Source: an uncultured Planctomycetaceae bacterium
GTDB lineage: Bacteria > Planctomycetota > Planctomycetia > Planctomycetales > Planctomycetaceae
Direction: 5' to 3'
DNA: 64,000 bases
Assembly (NCBI GenBank): GCA_963813715.1
Contig: CAWFAK010000017.1
Span: forward strand, 640,001-704,000
Program-made: the position numbers and the translations under genes
In this document: positions 1-11,902 of the stretch, piece after piece
Layout: every line of letters begins with the position of its first letter
How positions within the stretch are numbered: position 1 is the stretch's first letter
The notes under the pieces: generated by a model
Databases searched by the model: none
What the model was told of the DNA's origin: nothing
The model's input: the letters and a program-made list of their open reading frames with translations, nothing else

Positions 1-39
1 CCGGTCACTAGTCGCGTTTGAGTTCCGCAAGGTCCGACC

Positions 40-384
40 ATGAACCGTCCGCCCGAAGCCAAGTCGCAGCCGCTGGGATTGGGAGTGGCGTCGGTGGTGT
101 TGGGGGTGATCAGCACGCTCTTATTTTTCCTGCCGATTCTGGCGACACCCATCGCTCTGATCGCGCTGACGCTGGCGGTGATTGGCTGCGCCCTGGGCAT
201 GACATCGGGACGCACGAGCTTGCGCTGGTCGGCCGTCGGGCTGGTCGTTTCCGGATTGGCGCTGACCATCAACCTGGCGATCGCCTACGCGCCGAGCGGA
301 TTCGAGCACACACCGCCGTCCCCGCCCACCGAGCCGGTCCCGGGCGTACCTTACGCGCCGCCACCCGCTCGTTCCGTCAGCTAA
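40..384 (+). CDS. Small membrane protein (DUF4190-like) with Pro-rich tail
   Basis: 114 aa; hydrophobic helices (GLGVASVVLGVIS..., WSAVGLVVSGLALTI). Confidence 0.6.
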   Translation: MNRPPEAKSQPLGLGVASVVLGVISTLLFFLPILATPIALIALTLAVIGCALGMTSGRTSLRWSAVGLVVSGLALTINLAIAYAPSGFEHTPPSPPTEPVPGVPYAPPPARSVS

Positions 385-403
385 GTCGCCCCGCCGTCGC
401 TTA

Positions 404-2953
404 CTACTTGCCAGCCGCCTGGTTGACGGGCATCTCGAAGCTGTCGGAAGTCGTGGGGGCGCCCGCCGGCATCTCTTCGCTCGGCGGTACGACGCGCGGC
501 ACCGCGGCGCGATTGACCTGCGGCATACTCCAGGCGTCCGGCTGCACCGGTGTGGCCGGCGTAACAAAGTTCGACGTCGGCGTGGGAGCGGGAGCCTCGA
601 AAAATGCGGGAGCAGCTGCAGCCGCCGCGATTCGGTTCTTGGAGTCGCCCGAACGGCCCGCGGCGCCATCGCCTAATTCCGGTGAGAAGAACGAGGCTGG
701 CACGACTGAGCCGGAGGGCGCGAAGTACCCGTTCGCTTGTGGTGCGTTCGGGCCGAGACCGATGGCCGACTGCGGCCCCAGGCTCGACAGGTTTTGCGGG
801 CTGGCCGACGCACTGTGCGACGGCACCGGGACGGGTGTCGGGATCGGTTTTGGTGCCGGCGTGTTAGTCGGGCCCGGCGGACTCACTGACGGGCTGGTCG
901 CGGGCGTCGTCGGGCCGGTACTTTGTGGCACCGTCGATCCCAACCCGAACGGCAGCAGGCTTGCCGGCACACTCGGCAGCGAGCTCGTCGGCTGGCCGGG
1001 CGGCACCACGAACTCCGCAGGCTCGGTGTGCGTGAACGGATTGGGCACTCCGTGACTGCGGGCCCACGCTTCACGCAGCGCGTCCGAGTAGGCCTTCGGG
1101 CCTTCCCAGAGGCTTTCGGCGACGGTGATGTTGCTTTCCTCGAGGATGGTCCCCGTGCGGTAGTAGAAGTCGGTGATCGCCTGGTTGTACTGAATGATCG
1201 CCTGATCGTAGGAAACCTCGGCCTGCACGAGGCTTTGCTGGGCTCGCAACAGCGGATCGGCCGTAGTGCCGCGCAGCTCGTATTGGGCCTTGTAGGCCTG
1301 CACGCGCTCAGCGGCCGCGATGCGGCGATTGAGGGCCGATTGGGCGACCGCGTACGAGCGGTCCAGCACTTGAAATGCGTTGCGAATTTCGTGGCTGATG
1401 TCGAGTTCCTGGGCCGCCAGAGCCGTACGGGCCCGGGTCAGCCGCAGCTCGAAGTTCCGCTCCTGCGAGTGAGCATTGCGGAAGCCGATCGGGATCGAAG
1501 CTTCGAAACCGATGTCCCAGCCCGTTTGACCGGCTTCGACCAGCGAAGCGAAGGCGCTCGAGCCGGGCTGGTTGAGTGTCGATTGCTGGCTGATCAGCCG
1601 ATCGCCGAAAGCATTGATCTGCGCACCGGCGACCAGGTCGAACCGTGGCATGAGCAGGCTCTTCGAGGCGTCCAGCTGCATCTCGATGCTCTTGATGTTC
1701 CACTTCTGCCGGCGAATTTCCGGACGCCGGGTAACGCCTTCGGCGACGGCGATGTGCCAGTCGGGTACGAATTCGGCGACGGATGGCTCGTCACAAGGAC
1801 GAATGATTCGGCCATCGTTCACGGTCAATCCCAGCAGGCGGCGGAACTGCCCCTCGGTCGTGTAGAGGTTGGAGAGCGACTGCTCGGCCTGGGCCTTGGC
1901 GTCGAAGTAGTTTTCGCGGGCCTGCGATTCGTCGGGCGTTGTGCCGCCAGTGAGCCCCTTAAGGCGCTTTGCGTCGATCTGTTCCCACGTCTTGAGCGCG
2001 CTCTTCCAGTAGATCACCTGCGCATGATACGTCTGGTAGGCCAGCGACAGGTCCCAGTAGCTGCTCTGCACGTCGCGGATCAGCTGCTGCACGGAGCCCT
2101 CGAAGTCGGCAATGGCAATGTCGCTGTTGATCCGCGCAATGACCACGCCTTGCCCCACGCCGGCCGGGTTTTTGCCGATCGGGCCGGCAATGCGGGTGTA
2201 GTCGGTGCCGCCACCGGCCAACAACGGGCGGCGGAACTCGGCCCGCACAAAGCCGGTATAGACTTGCGGGAGCAGGTTGCCGACGACGTTGTTCTGCGTG
2301 TAGTCCCATTCGTTGATGAACGAGAGCTGACTCGAGTCGGCGAACGTCTTATCGAGCCGCGTGCGAAACTGAGCCGTGTCTTGGATCAAGGTCGGCAGCC
2401 CGTTGATCGTCGGCACGCCCGACAGGCCGGCGTTGTTTTCGGCCATCGTGTTGTCGTTGAACGTCAGGTTGGACGAGAGCGTGGCATCGAAATCGGAGAG
2501 GGCTGCTTCCACGCCCCTCTGTCCGAAGAGGATGCCCGTTTCCTGCACGGCCGGATCGAAGACCGAGGGGATCTGCTCGGGGTTCGTGACGAGCGGGTTC
2601 CGCGGCAGCACGAACTGGTCGCGCGTGCGGATGATCTTGTTGTTCATGAGCGCAATGCGCATCGCCTGCCCCAGCGACATGTCCCACAATTGGTCCTTGC
2701 GGGGATGCCGTAGCAATGGCGGCTCGAGTGAGGCGAGGGCACCCGGATTGTCGGGGCCCGTTTTGCTCGGGTAGTCGATCTTGGTCGACAGCCCCTTGTA
2801 ATACTCCAGGTCCGCATGGCCGAAATACGTCAGCGGCTTGGGCGAGGCGGAGCATCCCCCTAAGACGGCAATCAAAATTGCCGCCATCCGAGGCAGTGCT
2901 CTGCGAAGAGACCACATCGCTGAGGGTGTCCTGCACCTTGGCCGGGGCCGCAA
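404..2953 (-). CDS. TolC-family outer membrane efflux protein, Planctomycete type, long Pro/Ser-rich C-terminal tail
   Basis: Lipoprotein-like N-terminus (LGGC), OEP-type helical repeats (RRPEIRRQ, LMPRFDL, YNQAITDF); true start may be ~2887. Confidence 0.8.
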   Translation of the reverse strand: MRPRPRCRTPSAMWSLRRALPRMAAILIAVLGGCSASPKPLTYFGHADLEYYKGLSTKIDYPSKTGPDNPGALASLEPPLLRHPRKDQLWDMSLGQAMRIALMNNKIIRTRDQFVLPRNPLVTNPEQIPSVFDPAVQETGILFGQRGVEAALSDFDATLSSNLTFNDNTMAENNAGLSGVPTINGLPTLIQDTAQFRTRLDKTFADSSQLSFINEWDYTQNNVVGNLLPQVYTGFVRAEFRRPLLAGGGTDYTRIAGPIGKNPAGVGQGVVIARINSDIAIADFEGSVQQLIRDVQSSYWDLSLAYQTYHAQVIYWKSALKTWEQIDAKRLKGLTGGTTPDESQARENYFDAKAQAEQSLSNLYTTEGQFRRLLGLTVNDGRIIRPCDEPSVAEFVPDWHIAVAEGVTRRPEIRRQKWNIKSIEMQLDASKSLLMPRFDLVAGAQINAFGDRLISQQSTLNQPGSSAFASLVEAGQTGWDIGFEASIPIGFRNAHSQERNFELRLTRARTALAAQELDISHEIRNAFQVLDRSYAVAQSALNRRIAAAERVQAYKAQYELRGTTADPLLRAQQSLVQAEVSYDQAIIQYNQAITDFYYRTGTILEESNITVAESLWEGPKAYSDALREAWARSHGVPNPFTHTEPAEFVVPPGQPTSSLPSVPASLLPFGLGSTVPQSTGPTTPATSPSVSPPGPTNTPAPKPIPTPVPVPSHSASASPQNLSSLGPQSAIGLGPNAPQANGYFAPSGSVVPASFFSPELGDGAAGRSGDSKNRIAAAAAAPAFFEAPAPTPTSNFVTPATPVQPDAWSMPQVNRAAVPRVVPPSEEMPAGAPTTSDSFEMPVNQAAGK

Positions 2954-3468
2954 TGCATCAGCCGAAGCTGAGATCAGATTGGAAGTTGAGGCGTGAAAAC
3001 GAACGAGGCGAGCGGAGGCGAGCGGACGGGAACGGTCGGTTCGGAGAGGTCGATTAGTCGGGGAGACAGGTTGGCGAGTGAGGCTAGGTAGGATGCGAAT
3101 CGACAGGTAGACTTTGGACGGATCCCAGGCCGGGATGTCGCTATCTTCGTTATCGTCCAGCTAATCAGAAAACTTTGAGCAAACTCCAGGAATTCACAAA
3201 ACCGCCTCAGAACTTGTTTCAAGATGGGATGACTGGGATGGACGGGTCATTCCAGCACCATGGCCAGCGGTATGTATGGAAATCCCTTTTCAGAGTGAAT
3301 CCGGCGGCAAAGATTAGGAGAATCGGGCTGAAATCTCAGACCCCGGCCGCTGCTCCGATGTGCAGGCTCGCATTCGACTTTTGCACGTCGGCCTGCCTAT
3401 CATTTGGAGCCCGTGGGTTGGGCCGCTTCCTCGCCGTACATCCCCGTTGACGAAACTTCAGAGCACAA

Positions 3469-4488
3469 ATGCCGACGATCGATCATTCGAGTTCGGAACC
3501 CTTGTATCTGGGCATCGACGTCGGCGGGACGAACATCAAGGCGGGCATCGTCACGGGCGACGGAAAGCCAGTGGCGAAGGCCAGCTTGCCCACGCACGCC
3601 GAACGGGGCATCGAACACGGACTGGGCGTGATTTATGCGACGGCCGAAGCGGTGCTCGCGAGCGCGGGTCTCACGCTTGAGCAGATCCAGGCCGTCGGGC
3701 TTGCAACGCCAGGAACGATGGACATTCCGGGCGGCTGGCTGCTCGAACCGCCGAACCTCCCCGGCTGGTGGCACGTGCCGATTCGCGACAAGGTCGGGGC
3801 ACATTTTCAAAAGCCGACCGTTCTGCAGAACGACGCCAACGCGGCCGCGTACGGCGAATTCTGGGTCGGGGCCGCCCGCGACGCGCACAGCCTGGTCTTT
3901 TGGACGCTGGGCACCGGGATCGGCTGCGGGATTATTGTCGATCACGTGATCATTGAAGGCGAACACTCGCACGGTTCCGAGTGTGGCCACATCATCATCG
4001 ACATGGACAGCTCGCGCAAATCGGCCGCCGGCCAGAACGGCACGCTCGAGGCGTTCTGCGGCGCCAGGGCGGTGGTGCAGCGCTGCGAGGAAGCGCTCGC
4101 TTCAGGCCGCGATTCGGTGCTGCACGCGAGGATCAAAAACGGCGAGGAACTGACTCCGCTATTGATCGCCGAGGCGGCCGAGGCCGGCGACCGTGTGGCA
4201 GACGGCGTGGTGATGGATACGGCCCGCTATCTCGGGATCGGCACCACCACGCTGATGCACACAATCAATCCGTCCATGTTTCTGTTCGGTGGCGCGATGA
4301 CCTTCGGCCGCAATGACTCGCCGCTTGGCCGCCGCTTTCTGCAGGCGATCAAGGACGAAGTCAAAAAGCGGGCGTTTCACGTCCCGTACGAGCGGACGAT
4401 CATTGATTTCGCCACCCTTGGGGGAGACGCCGGTTACATCGGCGCGGCCGGCTGTGCGCGGCTCAAGTTCCCGCCCGCCTCGCCTTAA
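3469..4488 (+). CDS. ROK-family sugar kinase (glucokinase-like)
   Basis: GIDVGGT, LQNDANAAAYGE, TLGTGIGCG, GSECGH motifs. Confidence 0.9.
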   Translation: MPTIDHSSSEPLYLGIDVGGTNIKAGIVTGDGKPVAKASLPTHAERGIEHGLGVIYATAEAVLASAGLTLEQIQAVGLATPGTMDIPGGWLLEPPNLPGWWHVPIRDKVGAHFQKPTVLQNDANAAAYGEFWVGAARDAHSLVFWTLGTGIGCGIIVDHVIIEGEHSHGSECGHIIIDMDSSRKSAAGQNGTLEAFCGARAVVQRCEEALASGRDSVLHARIKNGEELTPLLIAEAAEAGDRVADGVVMDTARYLGIGTTTLMHTINPSMFLFGGAMTFGRNDSPLGRRFLQAIKDEVKKRAFHVPYERTIIDFATLGGDAGYIGAAGCARLKFPPASP

Positions 4489-4557
4489 GCCTGAGCTTCA
4501 GCCGGCGCGGCTACCCAGATTAGCATCGGTGGGGGGCCGAGTGGCGGGCTCTCTCTG

Positions 4558-5466
4558 CTAAAAAGAGAGCGGTTTTGACTCGGCCGGCCAGCGGCTTTGT
4601 TCGGCAGCGAGATCCTGGGACGTGCCCGCGCCGACCCGAGCCAACAGCAGAATCCCAATCAGGATGCCGCCGAAACCCGAAAGACGGGCCGCAAACGGAA
4701 AACTCTCTTGCGGGAAGCTTTCGCCCAAGCAGACAAGGCCGCCCGCAACGACTAACACCTGGTTTGTCACCAGGTTGACCGCTGTCACGATTAGCGCCCG
4801 GCCAAACCGCAGCCCCAGTTGCAAAGCGACGAGCCCGCCTACCAACCCGATAGCCATCAAACAACCAGCGGCGATTGCCAAGAGCAGGTTCCGGTCTTGG
4901 ATGGCCAAAGCCAAGGCCTTTGTGTTGAGATAGCCCGTGCCAAACAGCAAACCGGAAAGAATCCCCAAGAGCAGCTCGGCACGGCCGGGAATTCGCAGTG
5001 CCGCCCACGACACGGTGATCACGAAGGCAACGACAACCGCAAAAAAGGCCAAGTAGCGTCCCGTCTCAATGCCGGTCGAGGCTAGCTGTGAACCACGCGC
5101 ACTTAGTCCCAGCGAGATCACACCCGCCAACAAAATGCCGACACCCACCCATTCCGACAGATCGAACCGCTCGTTCAAGTAGAAGACGGCAAGCAGCGCC
5201 ACGACGAGCAATCCGGAAGCCGACAGTGGCTGCAACAGGGAGATCGGGGCGACGCGCGCACTAACGGCAACCGCGTAGACCCCATAGCCGGCGATCATCA
5301 ACGCCATCCCGCAGTACCAGATTGGCGTGTGCCGGCTGAGACGGGTCGAGCCCGGTCGGCCGAGCCAGGCATCGCGCGGTACGATCCCCCTTTTTTGCAA
5401 AACCAGCCCCAAATTCATACAGGCGCTGGCGCTGACCGTGAGGGCGATGGCGGCCCAAACCGACAT
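4558..5466 (-). CDS. DMT/EamA (NIPA-like) membrane transporter
   Basis: Multiple TM helices; NLGLVLQK and APISLLQPL motifs. Confidence 0.75.
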   Translation of the reverse strand: MSVWAAIALTVSASACMNLGLVLQKRGIVPRDAWLGRPGSTRLSRHTPIWYCGMALMIAGYGVYAVAVSARVAPISLLQPLSASGLLVVALLAVFYLNERFDLSEWVGVGILLAGVISLGLSARGSQLASTGIETGRYLAFFAVVVAFVITVSWAALRIPGRAELLLGILSGLLFGTGYLNTKALALAIQDRNLLLAIAAGCLMAIGLVGGLVALQLGLRFGRALIVTAVNLVTNQVLVVAGGLVCLGESFPQESFPFAARLSGFGGILIGILLLARVGAGTSQDLAAEQSRWPAESKPLSF

Positions 5467-6021
5467 GGTCGAGGGTTTCCGGTTGCAAATCTGGGAGGTG
5501 CGAACCCGCGGTCAGGCCGCCGGATTGCTGTCGATGTCTACGGGACGGCCTATTCCCAATGTATCACGGGCGTCGCCCCTACGCTCGACGCCAACCGACC
5601 TTGCGTCGAGCGGTTCTCGCGAGCCCACGGTACGAGCGTGCGAACTGCATCCGCCCGTATAAATGGGCATTCGTTCCACCCGGCAGCGGTGGCGCCACCC
5701 GCACGAAATGCTGGATCGCAATTTGCGGTAGCAATCGGTCCCGCTCGCCATGATCTGTTCGTTTTGCCAGGTGCCGGAACGCGGCAGAGGTCTACCATTC
5801 CCGACTGAGCTAGATTTTCCGAACCCCTCGGAAAGGCACGGTTCGCTCCCCGGCGAAAGTTCGTTTCGCTGCACAGTTTTGGATCGAAGATCGGCCGATA
5901 AAAGGAGCCCCGGTTTCGTGCGATGACGGCTTGCCGCGTTCGTCCACGGAAAGGGTCGTGACTCCTTTATCAGCCAGGCGAACTGCTTCAACCAGGATCC
6001 GACATCTCTAGACGTCAACTC

Positions 6022-7401
6022 ATGGTCAGCCGCGGGAAGACAGCTATCCGACTTTTCCAATCGCCTGGCCGTTCGCTCAGCGCCGTATCTCACGTGACGG
6101 CTGCGGGAGTGGTGCGGGCGGTGTTGGCGGCGCTGTGTCTTGTCGGATTGGTCACTGCGACCGCGTTCGATGTTCGCGCGGGTGAGCCGGCTGTTGCTGC
6201 CGCCGCGACCTCCGAAGCCGCTCCGCCGGACTCGTCGGGCGGCCCGCAGCTGCTGCCTCCAGAAGCAGTGGACAGTCCCCCTTCGCCGGCTGCGCCGAGC
6301 GTGCCTTCCAGTCCGGCACCCGCTCCGGCCGCAACCCCCGACGCGAATGCTGCTCCGATTTCGAGTGGGGCGATGCGCCTCCAAACGCCTCCCGCGCCGA
6401 CGCCCGATCTCACGGGGCCGCCCCCGGTGGTCAGTGCTGTTCCGTGCGAAGACGAATATTGGATCGCCAGCAGCTGGCGGTGTCGGCAAATGGCACCGCA
6501 TGGCTGTGCCTGCGGCGACCTGGATTTCTATCACGTTGGCGGCGGCACCGGGACGCAGCTGCTCAATCGTGCGGCATTCGCTGCCTCGCTCACTCCGGGC
6601 GTACCCGTGTGCATTGTCGTTCACGGCAGCTTCACCAACTGGAGGAGCCTCTGCGATGATTGCGCGCCGGTCCTCCGTTGGATTCGTAGCGGGGCTCCGC
6701 AGCGGCCGTTGCACGTGCTCTTCTATACCTGGCCCAGCGAAGGGGGCATCACTTACGAGCCGCACATCGACGTTGGCATCCTGGGAGCGCGTGCGAGCTT
6801 TAACAGCATCTATCTCGCCGAACTGGTCGCGCGGATCCCGCCCGGTCATCCGGTTTGCTTGGTGGGGCACAGCCATGGAGCACGGCTGGTGGCGGCCGCA
6901 TTGCACGTGCTGGGCGGCGGCGAAGTCGACAACGTCCGGTTGACCTGGCCGGCACCGCCCGATCTGCGCATTCGCGGTGTGCTCGTGGCCGGAGCGCTCG
7001 ACCATCATTGGCTCGATCCTGGGAAGCGGTTTGAGATGGCCCTCTGCCGCACCGAGTGCCTGTTGATCCTCCGCAACGATCACGACATCGTGCTCACGTT
7101 TTATCCGTTGCGAAAGCCGTTCTCGAAGCGGGCGATCGGAGAACGAGGCCTCAGTAACCGCGATCTGTGTCGGCTTGGTCCGCTGGCCTCGAAGGTCGCC
7201 GTGCTCGACGTTACGCGACTCGTAGAGAGCGGCCACATGTGGCAGCACTACTACAACTGTCCGCAGATCGCCGGGGCCGTCGCGCCGTACGTCTACTATT
7301 TGGACGGCGGACAGCCAACGATGGTCATGCCCCCTTCGCCCGGCGTTCCCCTCGCTCCCGCAGTCAGCGAATCGCCGTCGCTCGAGCGCGCGGCCAACTG
7401 A
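6022..7401 (+). CDS. Secreted alpha/beta hydrolase (DUF900-like)
   Basis: Signal peptide, Pro/Ala linker, VHG, YTWPS and GHSHG nucleophile elbow. Confidence 0.7.
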   Translation: MVSRGKTAIRLFQSPGRSLSAVSHVTAAGVVRAVLAALCLVGLVTATAFDVRAGEPAVAAAATSEAAPPDSSGGPQLLPPEAVDSPPSPAAPSVPSSPAPAPAATPDANAAPISSGAMRLQTPPAPTPDLTGPPPVVSAVPCEDEYWIASSWRCRQMAPHGCACGDLDFYHVGGGTGTQLLNRAAFAASLTPGVPVCIVVHGSFTNWRSLCDDCAPVLRWIRSGAPQRPLHVLFYTWPSEGGITYEPHIDVGILGARASFNSIYLAELVARIPPGHPVCLVGHSHGARLVAAALHVLGGGEVDNVRLTWPAPPDLRIRGVLVAGALDHHWLDPGKRFEMALCRTECLLILRNDHDIVLTFYPLRKPFSKRAIGERGLSNRDLCRLGPLASKVAVLDVTRLVESGHMWQHYYNCPQIAGAVAPYVYYLDGGQPTMVMPPSPGVPLAPAVSESPSLERAAN

Positions 7402-7590
7402 GCGCAGAATCGCGTTGGCGAACGCTTGCTGACCCTCGCGATTCCTTGCCGCGACGACGCTGCGAACTGACCGTCGCCGGTTTCTGGACAGGCCCCCGGG
7501 CATCTGCGACAGTAGAGACGGCAGACCGCTATGCGGCGTGCCCTCGCCTGACGTCGTCCTCCCCCGCCCAACCGTCCTCTCGTACCACAC

Positions 7591-9332
7591 GTGAATCCGG
7601 TCATGTTTGTCCGATGCGGCCTGATGCAGTACTTGCTCGTGGCCATCACGGCCGGTGCCCTCGGACTGATTCACTCTCCGGGACAACGAATCGAGGCGGC
7701 CGGTCCCATCAATCCCCACGCGCGAAAGACATCCGCACGCGGCAGCACGGGATTGCCCAACGTCGAGTTGACGCCGATCAAGCTGCCGGCGGCGCCGCCC
7801 GATTCCAAGCTCACGAATCCGATCGACGTGCTGCTGGCCGCGCATCTTCGCTCGGAAAAGGTTGACCTGATCCACGTCGTTCCGGATCGCGTTTTCGCTC
7901 GTCGCGTCTTTCTCGACCTGATCGGCCTGTTGCCCACCCCGGCCGACCTCGATGCGTTCGTCCGTAATCCGGCGGCCGACAAGCGATCCGCGCTCGTGCG
8001 ACAACTGCTCGCCCGCCGCGAGGACTACGCCGTCCACTGGCTAGCGTTTTGGAACGACCTGCTCCGAAACGAGTATCGCGGGACGGGTTTCATCGACGAC
8101 GGCCGTCGGCAAATCACCGGCTGGCTGTTTCGTTCCCTGTACGAAAATCGGCCGTACAACCGTTTCGTGCACGAGCTGATCAGCCCGGTCAACGGCTCCG
8201 AAGGATTCGTGAAGGGAATCGAGTGGCGGGGCGTCGTCAACGCCAGCCAGCGGCGCGAGCTGCAGGCCGCCCAGACAACGGCGCAGGTGTTTCTCGGCAC
8301 CAACCTCAAGTGCGCGAGTTGCCACGACAGCTTCACGAACCAGTGGTTGCTGTCCGATTCGCACGGGCTGGCCGCCGTCTTTGCGAATGGCCCGCTCGAC
8401 GTTTATCGATGCGATAAGGCGACCGGCGATCAAGCCCGCGCGAGCTTTCTGTTTCCCGAAATCGGCGCGATCGATGCCGACGCTCCGCGCGAGAAGCGGA
8501 TGCGGCAGCTGGCCGACCTCATCACCGATCCGCGTGACGGCCGGCTGGCAAAAACCGTGGTCAACCGTTATTGGGCCCGGCTGTTTGGCCGCGGTCTGGT
8601 CGAGCCGCTCGACAACATGGACCAGGATGCGTGGGATCCCGATCTGCTCGGCTGGCTCGCCAGCGACCTGGTGCACCACGACTACGATCTCAAGCACCTG
8701 CTCGAAGTGATCTGCACTTCGCAGACTGTACCAGCTGCCGGCGCAGGGCGAGCCCAAGCCGAACGAGCCGGTCGGCCCGTTTCGTGGGCCGATCAGCCGG
8801 CGAATGACTGCCGAGCAGTTTTTGGATGCCGCGGCCGAAGTCACTGGCGTGTGGCCCAAGCCGAGCCGCGACTTGCTCCGAGTCGACGGCCGCGGACAAG
8901 GCGGGCAACTCGGCGCCGTGCAGAAAGTATTGGCCGACGATACTTCGCGACACGACTCGGCCGCACCGGAAAAGGTCCGAGCCGCGTTGTTGATGGACGG
9001 CGCATTGTCGCGGGCGCTGGGCCGTCCGAATCGCGAGCAGGTGGTCACCCGCCGTGATTCGCTGGCGACGATGCTGCAGGCGCTCGAACTGACCAACGGC
9101 ACCAGCCTCGACGCGATTCTCAAGTCCGCCGGCGAGCGCTGGGTCGCTCGTCAAGCCGGCCGAGCCTCGAGCGATTGTCGCGCGCGTCTACCGCGTGGCC
9201 CTCGGCCGCGAACCGACGCCGGCCGAAAGCCAAACGGCGACGGACATCGTGGGCACGCCCGCGTCGCCTCAAGGAACGGCCGATTTTTTGTGGATGGTGG
9301 TGATGCTGCCGGAGTTTCAGTTAATCGATTGA
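7591..9332 (+). CDS. DUF1549/DUF1553 (PSCyt2/PSD1) Planctomycete protein, 2 frameshifts
   Basis: NPID, RRVFLDLIGLLPT, CASCHD, VNRYWARLFGRGLVEP, RRMTAEQFLDA, LQALELTNG; frames switch near 8727 and 9170; ends ...LPEFQLID*. Confidence 0.85.
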
Positions 9333-9390
9333 TCGATTGCAAACAATGGCAATTGATCGAACGGGCAATGATCGACAAGACAGGAAACGC

Positions 9391-10843
9391 ATGACCCTCG
9401 ACACTCGCTCCAATCGTCGCGAATTCCTGGCGACTGCCGGCGCGGCCGCACTCGGCTCTCTCGTCGTCCCCCGCGCCTGTCGGCCAAGCCGGCCGCAGGG
9501 ACGCATAAAGGCGAAAAGCCCGAAGAAAAGATCGTCCCCACCGCCGACGCCGTCGTTGTCCTCTGGATGGCCGGCGGGATGGCACACACAGAGACATTTG
9601 ACCCCAAGCGGTATACGCCATTTGAGAGGGGGCTCGAGTCCAACGCCGTGCTTGAGCACGTTCCCCTCGATTCCGACGGCAATCGACGGCGTGCATATCT
9701 CCAAGGGGCTCGAACAGATTGCGTCTGTGCTCGACCGGGGGACGCTGATTCGCACGCACGTCGCGGCCGACCTCGGCAAGATTCTGCATTCGCGGCACCA
9801 GTACCACTGGCACACCGGCTATGAGCCGCCGCAGACGGTGGCCGCCCCGCACATCGGCGCCTGGATTGCCCAAGCGAAGGGTCCGCAAAACCCGGCGCTC
9901 CCGGCCTTCATCGACATCGGCCAGCGTTACGACGGCAACGGCGAGGCGGAAGAACTCAAGGCTTTTCAGACGGGGGGCTGCCTCGGCGCCCAGTACGGCC
10001 CGTTTCGTGTGCCCGATCCCGAGCAGGCGGTGCTCACCGTGCGTCCGCCGGCCGGCATGAGCCAAAAGCGGTTCCGCCGCCGCTTCGAGGCGTACAAAAA
10101 GTTGATCGAAGAAAGCCCCGTCGCCCGCTCGAGCGATTTTCAGCGCGAGTCGCTGCTCGAATCGCTGGCAAGCGCCCACCGCCTGATGAACGCGCCGGCC
10201 GCCAAGGCCTTCGACCTGTCGCTGGAGCCTGAGAAGTCGCGCAAGCTCTACGATACGGGGCGGTTTGGCCTGGGCTGTTTGCTTGCCCGCCGGCTGGTCG
10301 AGGAGGGGGCGCGATTCATCGAGGTGTCGACCGAATACGTTCCGTTCCTGGGCTGGGACACGCACGACAACGGCCACACGCGGACGGCCGACTCTCAAGC
10401 AGATGATCGACGCGCCGATTGCCCAGTTGGTCCGCGATCTCGAATCCCGCGGGATGCTCGATCGCACGTTGATCGTGCTGGCCAGCGAGTTCAGCCGCGA
10501 CGTGATGATGGAAGGCAAGCCCGACAAGCCCGTTCCCGACCAGGTCGCCCAGCCCGACAAGATGACCGAGCTCAAGCACTACGGCATGCACCGTCACTTC
10601 ACCGGAGCGGGGTCCGTGCTGCTCTTCGGCGGCGGTGCCAAGCGAGGGTTCCTCTTTGGCAAGACGGCCGACGAACGCCCCTGCACATCGTTGACACGCA
10701 AGGTCACGGTGAGCGATCTGCACGCCACGATTTTCCGCACGGTGGGCATTTCACCGCGCTACGGCGTCGAGATCGAGGAACGGCCGTTTTACGTCACGAA
10801 AGACGGCAAAGGGCAGGCGGTGCGCGAAGTGCTGCGAAGTTAG
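9391..10843 (+). CDS. DUF1501 protein with Tat signal, frameshifted
   Basis: NRREFL, LWMAGGMAHTETFDPK, CLLARRLVEEG, GWDTH, SEFSR; frame switches near 9490, 9655, 10390. Confidence 0.85.
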
Positions 10844-10877
10844 CTCTGGTCAATCGCACACGCTCAGGCCGCTGTGC

Positions 10878-11863
10878 TCACGCAAATCCCGACACCGCGT
10901 GCGGCATGTAGGGTTCTTCGAGCCGGCCGATTTCCTCGGTCGAGAGCTTGAGCGCGAGCGCGGCGATCGCGTCGTCCAAGTGCTGCCGCTTGGTCGCCCC
11001 GATGATCGGTGAAGTCACGTAAGGCTTGCTGAGCATCCACGCCAGTGCGATCTGCGCCGGGGTACCTTGCGGGCAGCGGCAATCTCGCCCACCCGATCGA
11101 TCACCTGCCGATCCGAATCGACCGACTTGGTATAGAGCGTCTTGCCGAACTCGTCTTTGCCGGCCCGATCGCTGGCAGATTGCTCTTCCCACGGACGGGC
11201 CAGCCGGCCGCGAGCCAGCGGGCTCCAGGGAATCACGCCGATGTGCTCGCTCGCACACAGGCCCATCATCTCCCGCTCTTCCTCGCGGTAGATCAGGTTG
11301 TAGTGGTTCTGCATCGAGATGAATCGGGTCCAGCCATTGAGATCGGCCAGATACAGGGCCTTGCAGAACTGCCAGCCGTGCATCGACGAGGCGCCGATAT
11401 AGCGTGCCTTGCCCGCTTTGACGACGTCGTGCAGGGCCTCGAGCGTTTCTTCGATCGGCGTTTCATGGTCGAAGCGATGGATCTGGTAGAGGTCGACATA
11501 GTCCATGCCCAACCGTTTGAGGCTGGCGTCCACCTCGGTAAGGATGGCTTTGCGCGACAGACCGCGACCGTTGGGCCCCGGCCGCATCCGTCCGTGGACT
11601 TTTGTCGCCACCACGATTTCCTCGCGCTTGGCGAAATCACGGAGCGCGCGGCCGGTGATTTCTTCGCACGTGCCGTCGGAGTAGACGTTGGCCGTGTCGA
11701 AGAAATTGATTCCCAGCTCGAGGGCTTTTTGGAAAAACGGCCGGCTCGCTTCTTCCGGCAACGTCCAGGGATGCGGACCCCGTTCGGGCACGCCATAGCT
11801 CATGCAGCCCAGACAGATGCGGGAAACTTTGAGGCCGGTTTTTCCCAAGCTCACGTAGTCCAT
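10878..11863 (-). CDS. Aldo/keto reductase (YajO-like), frameshift near 11070
   Basis: LGCMSYG, FFDTANVY, DLYQIHRFD, PWSPLARG; C-terminus TPAQIALAW in a second frame. Confidence 0.9.
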
Positions 11864-11902
11864 CGGTTACTTCCTCAGGATGAATCGCGAAGACAGGAGC
11901 GA

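Noticed and set aside
5512..8037. Long opposite-strand ORFs (e.g. 5512-8037, 11045-13153, 33048-34967, 50465-52795)
   Set aside because: Shadow ORFs of real genes in high-GC DNA, with no recognisable motifs.
9391..10843. Programmed frameshifting or phase variation in split genes
   Set aside because: Breaks occur in many unrelated genes without consistent slippery sites; sequencing error is the simpler explanation.
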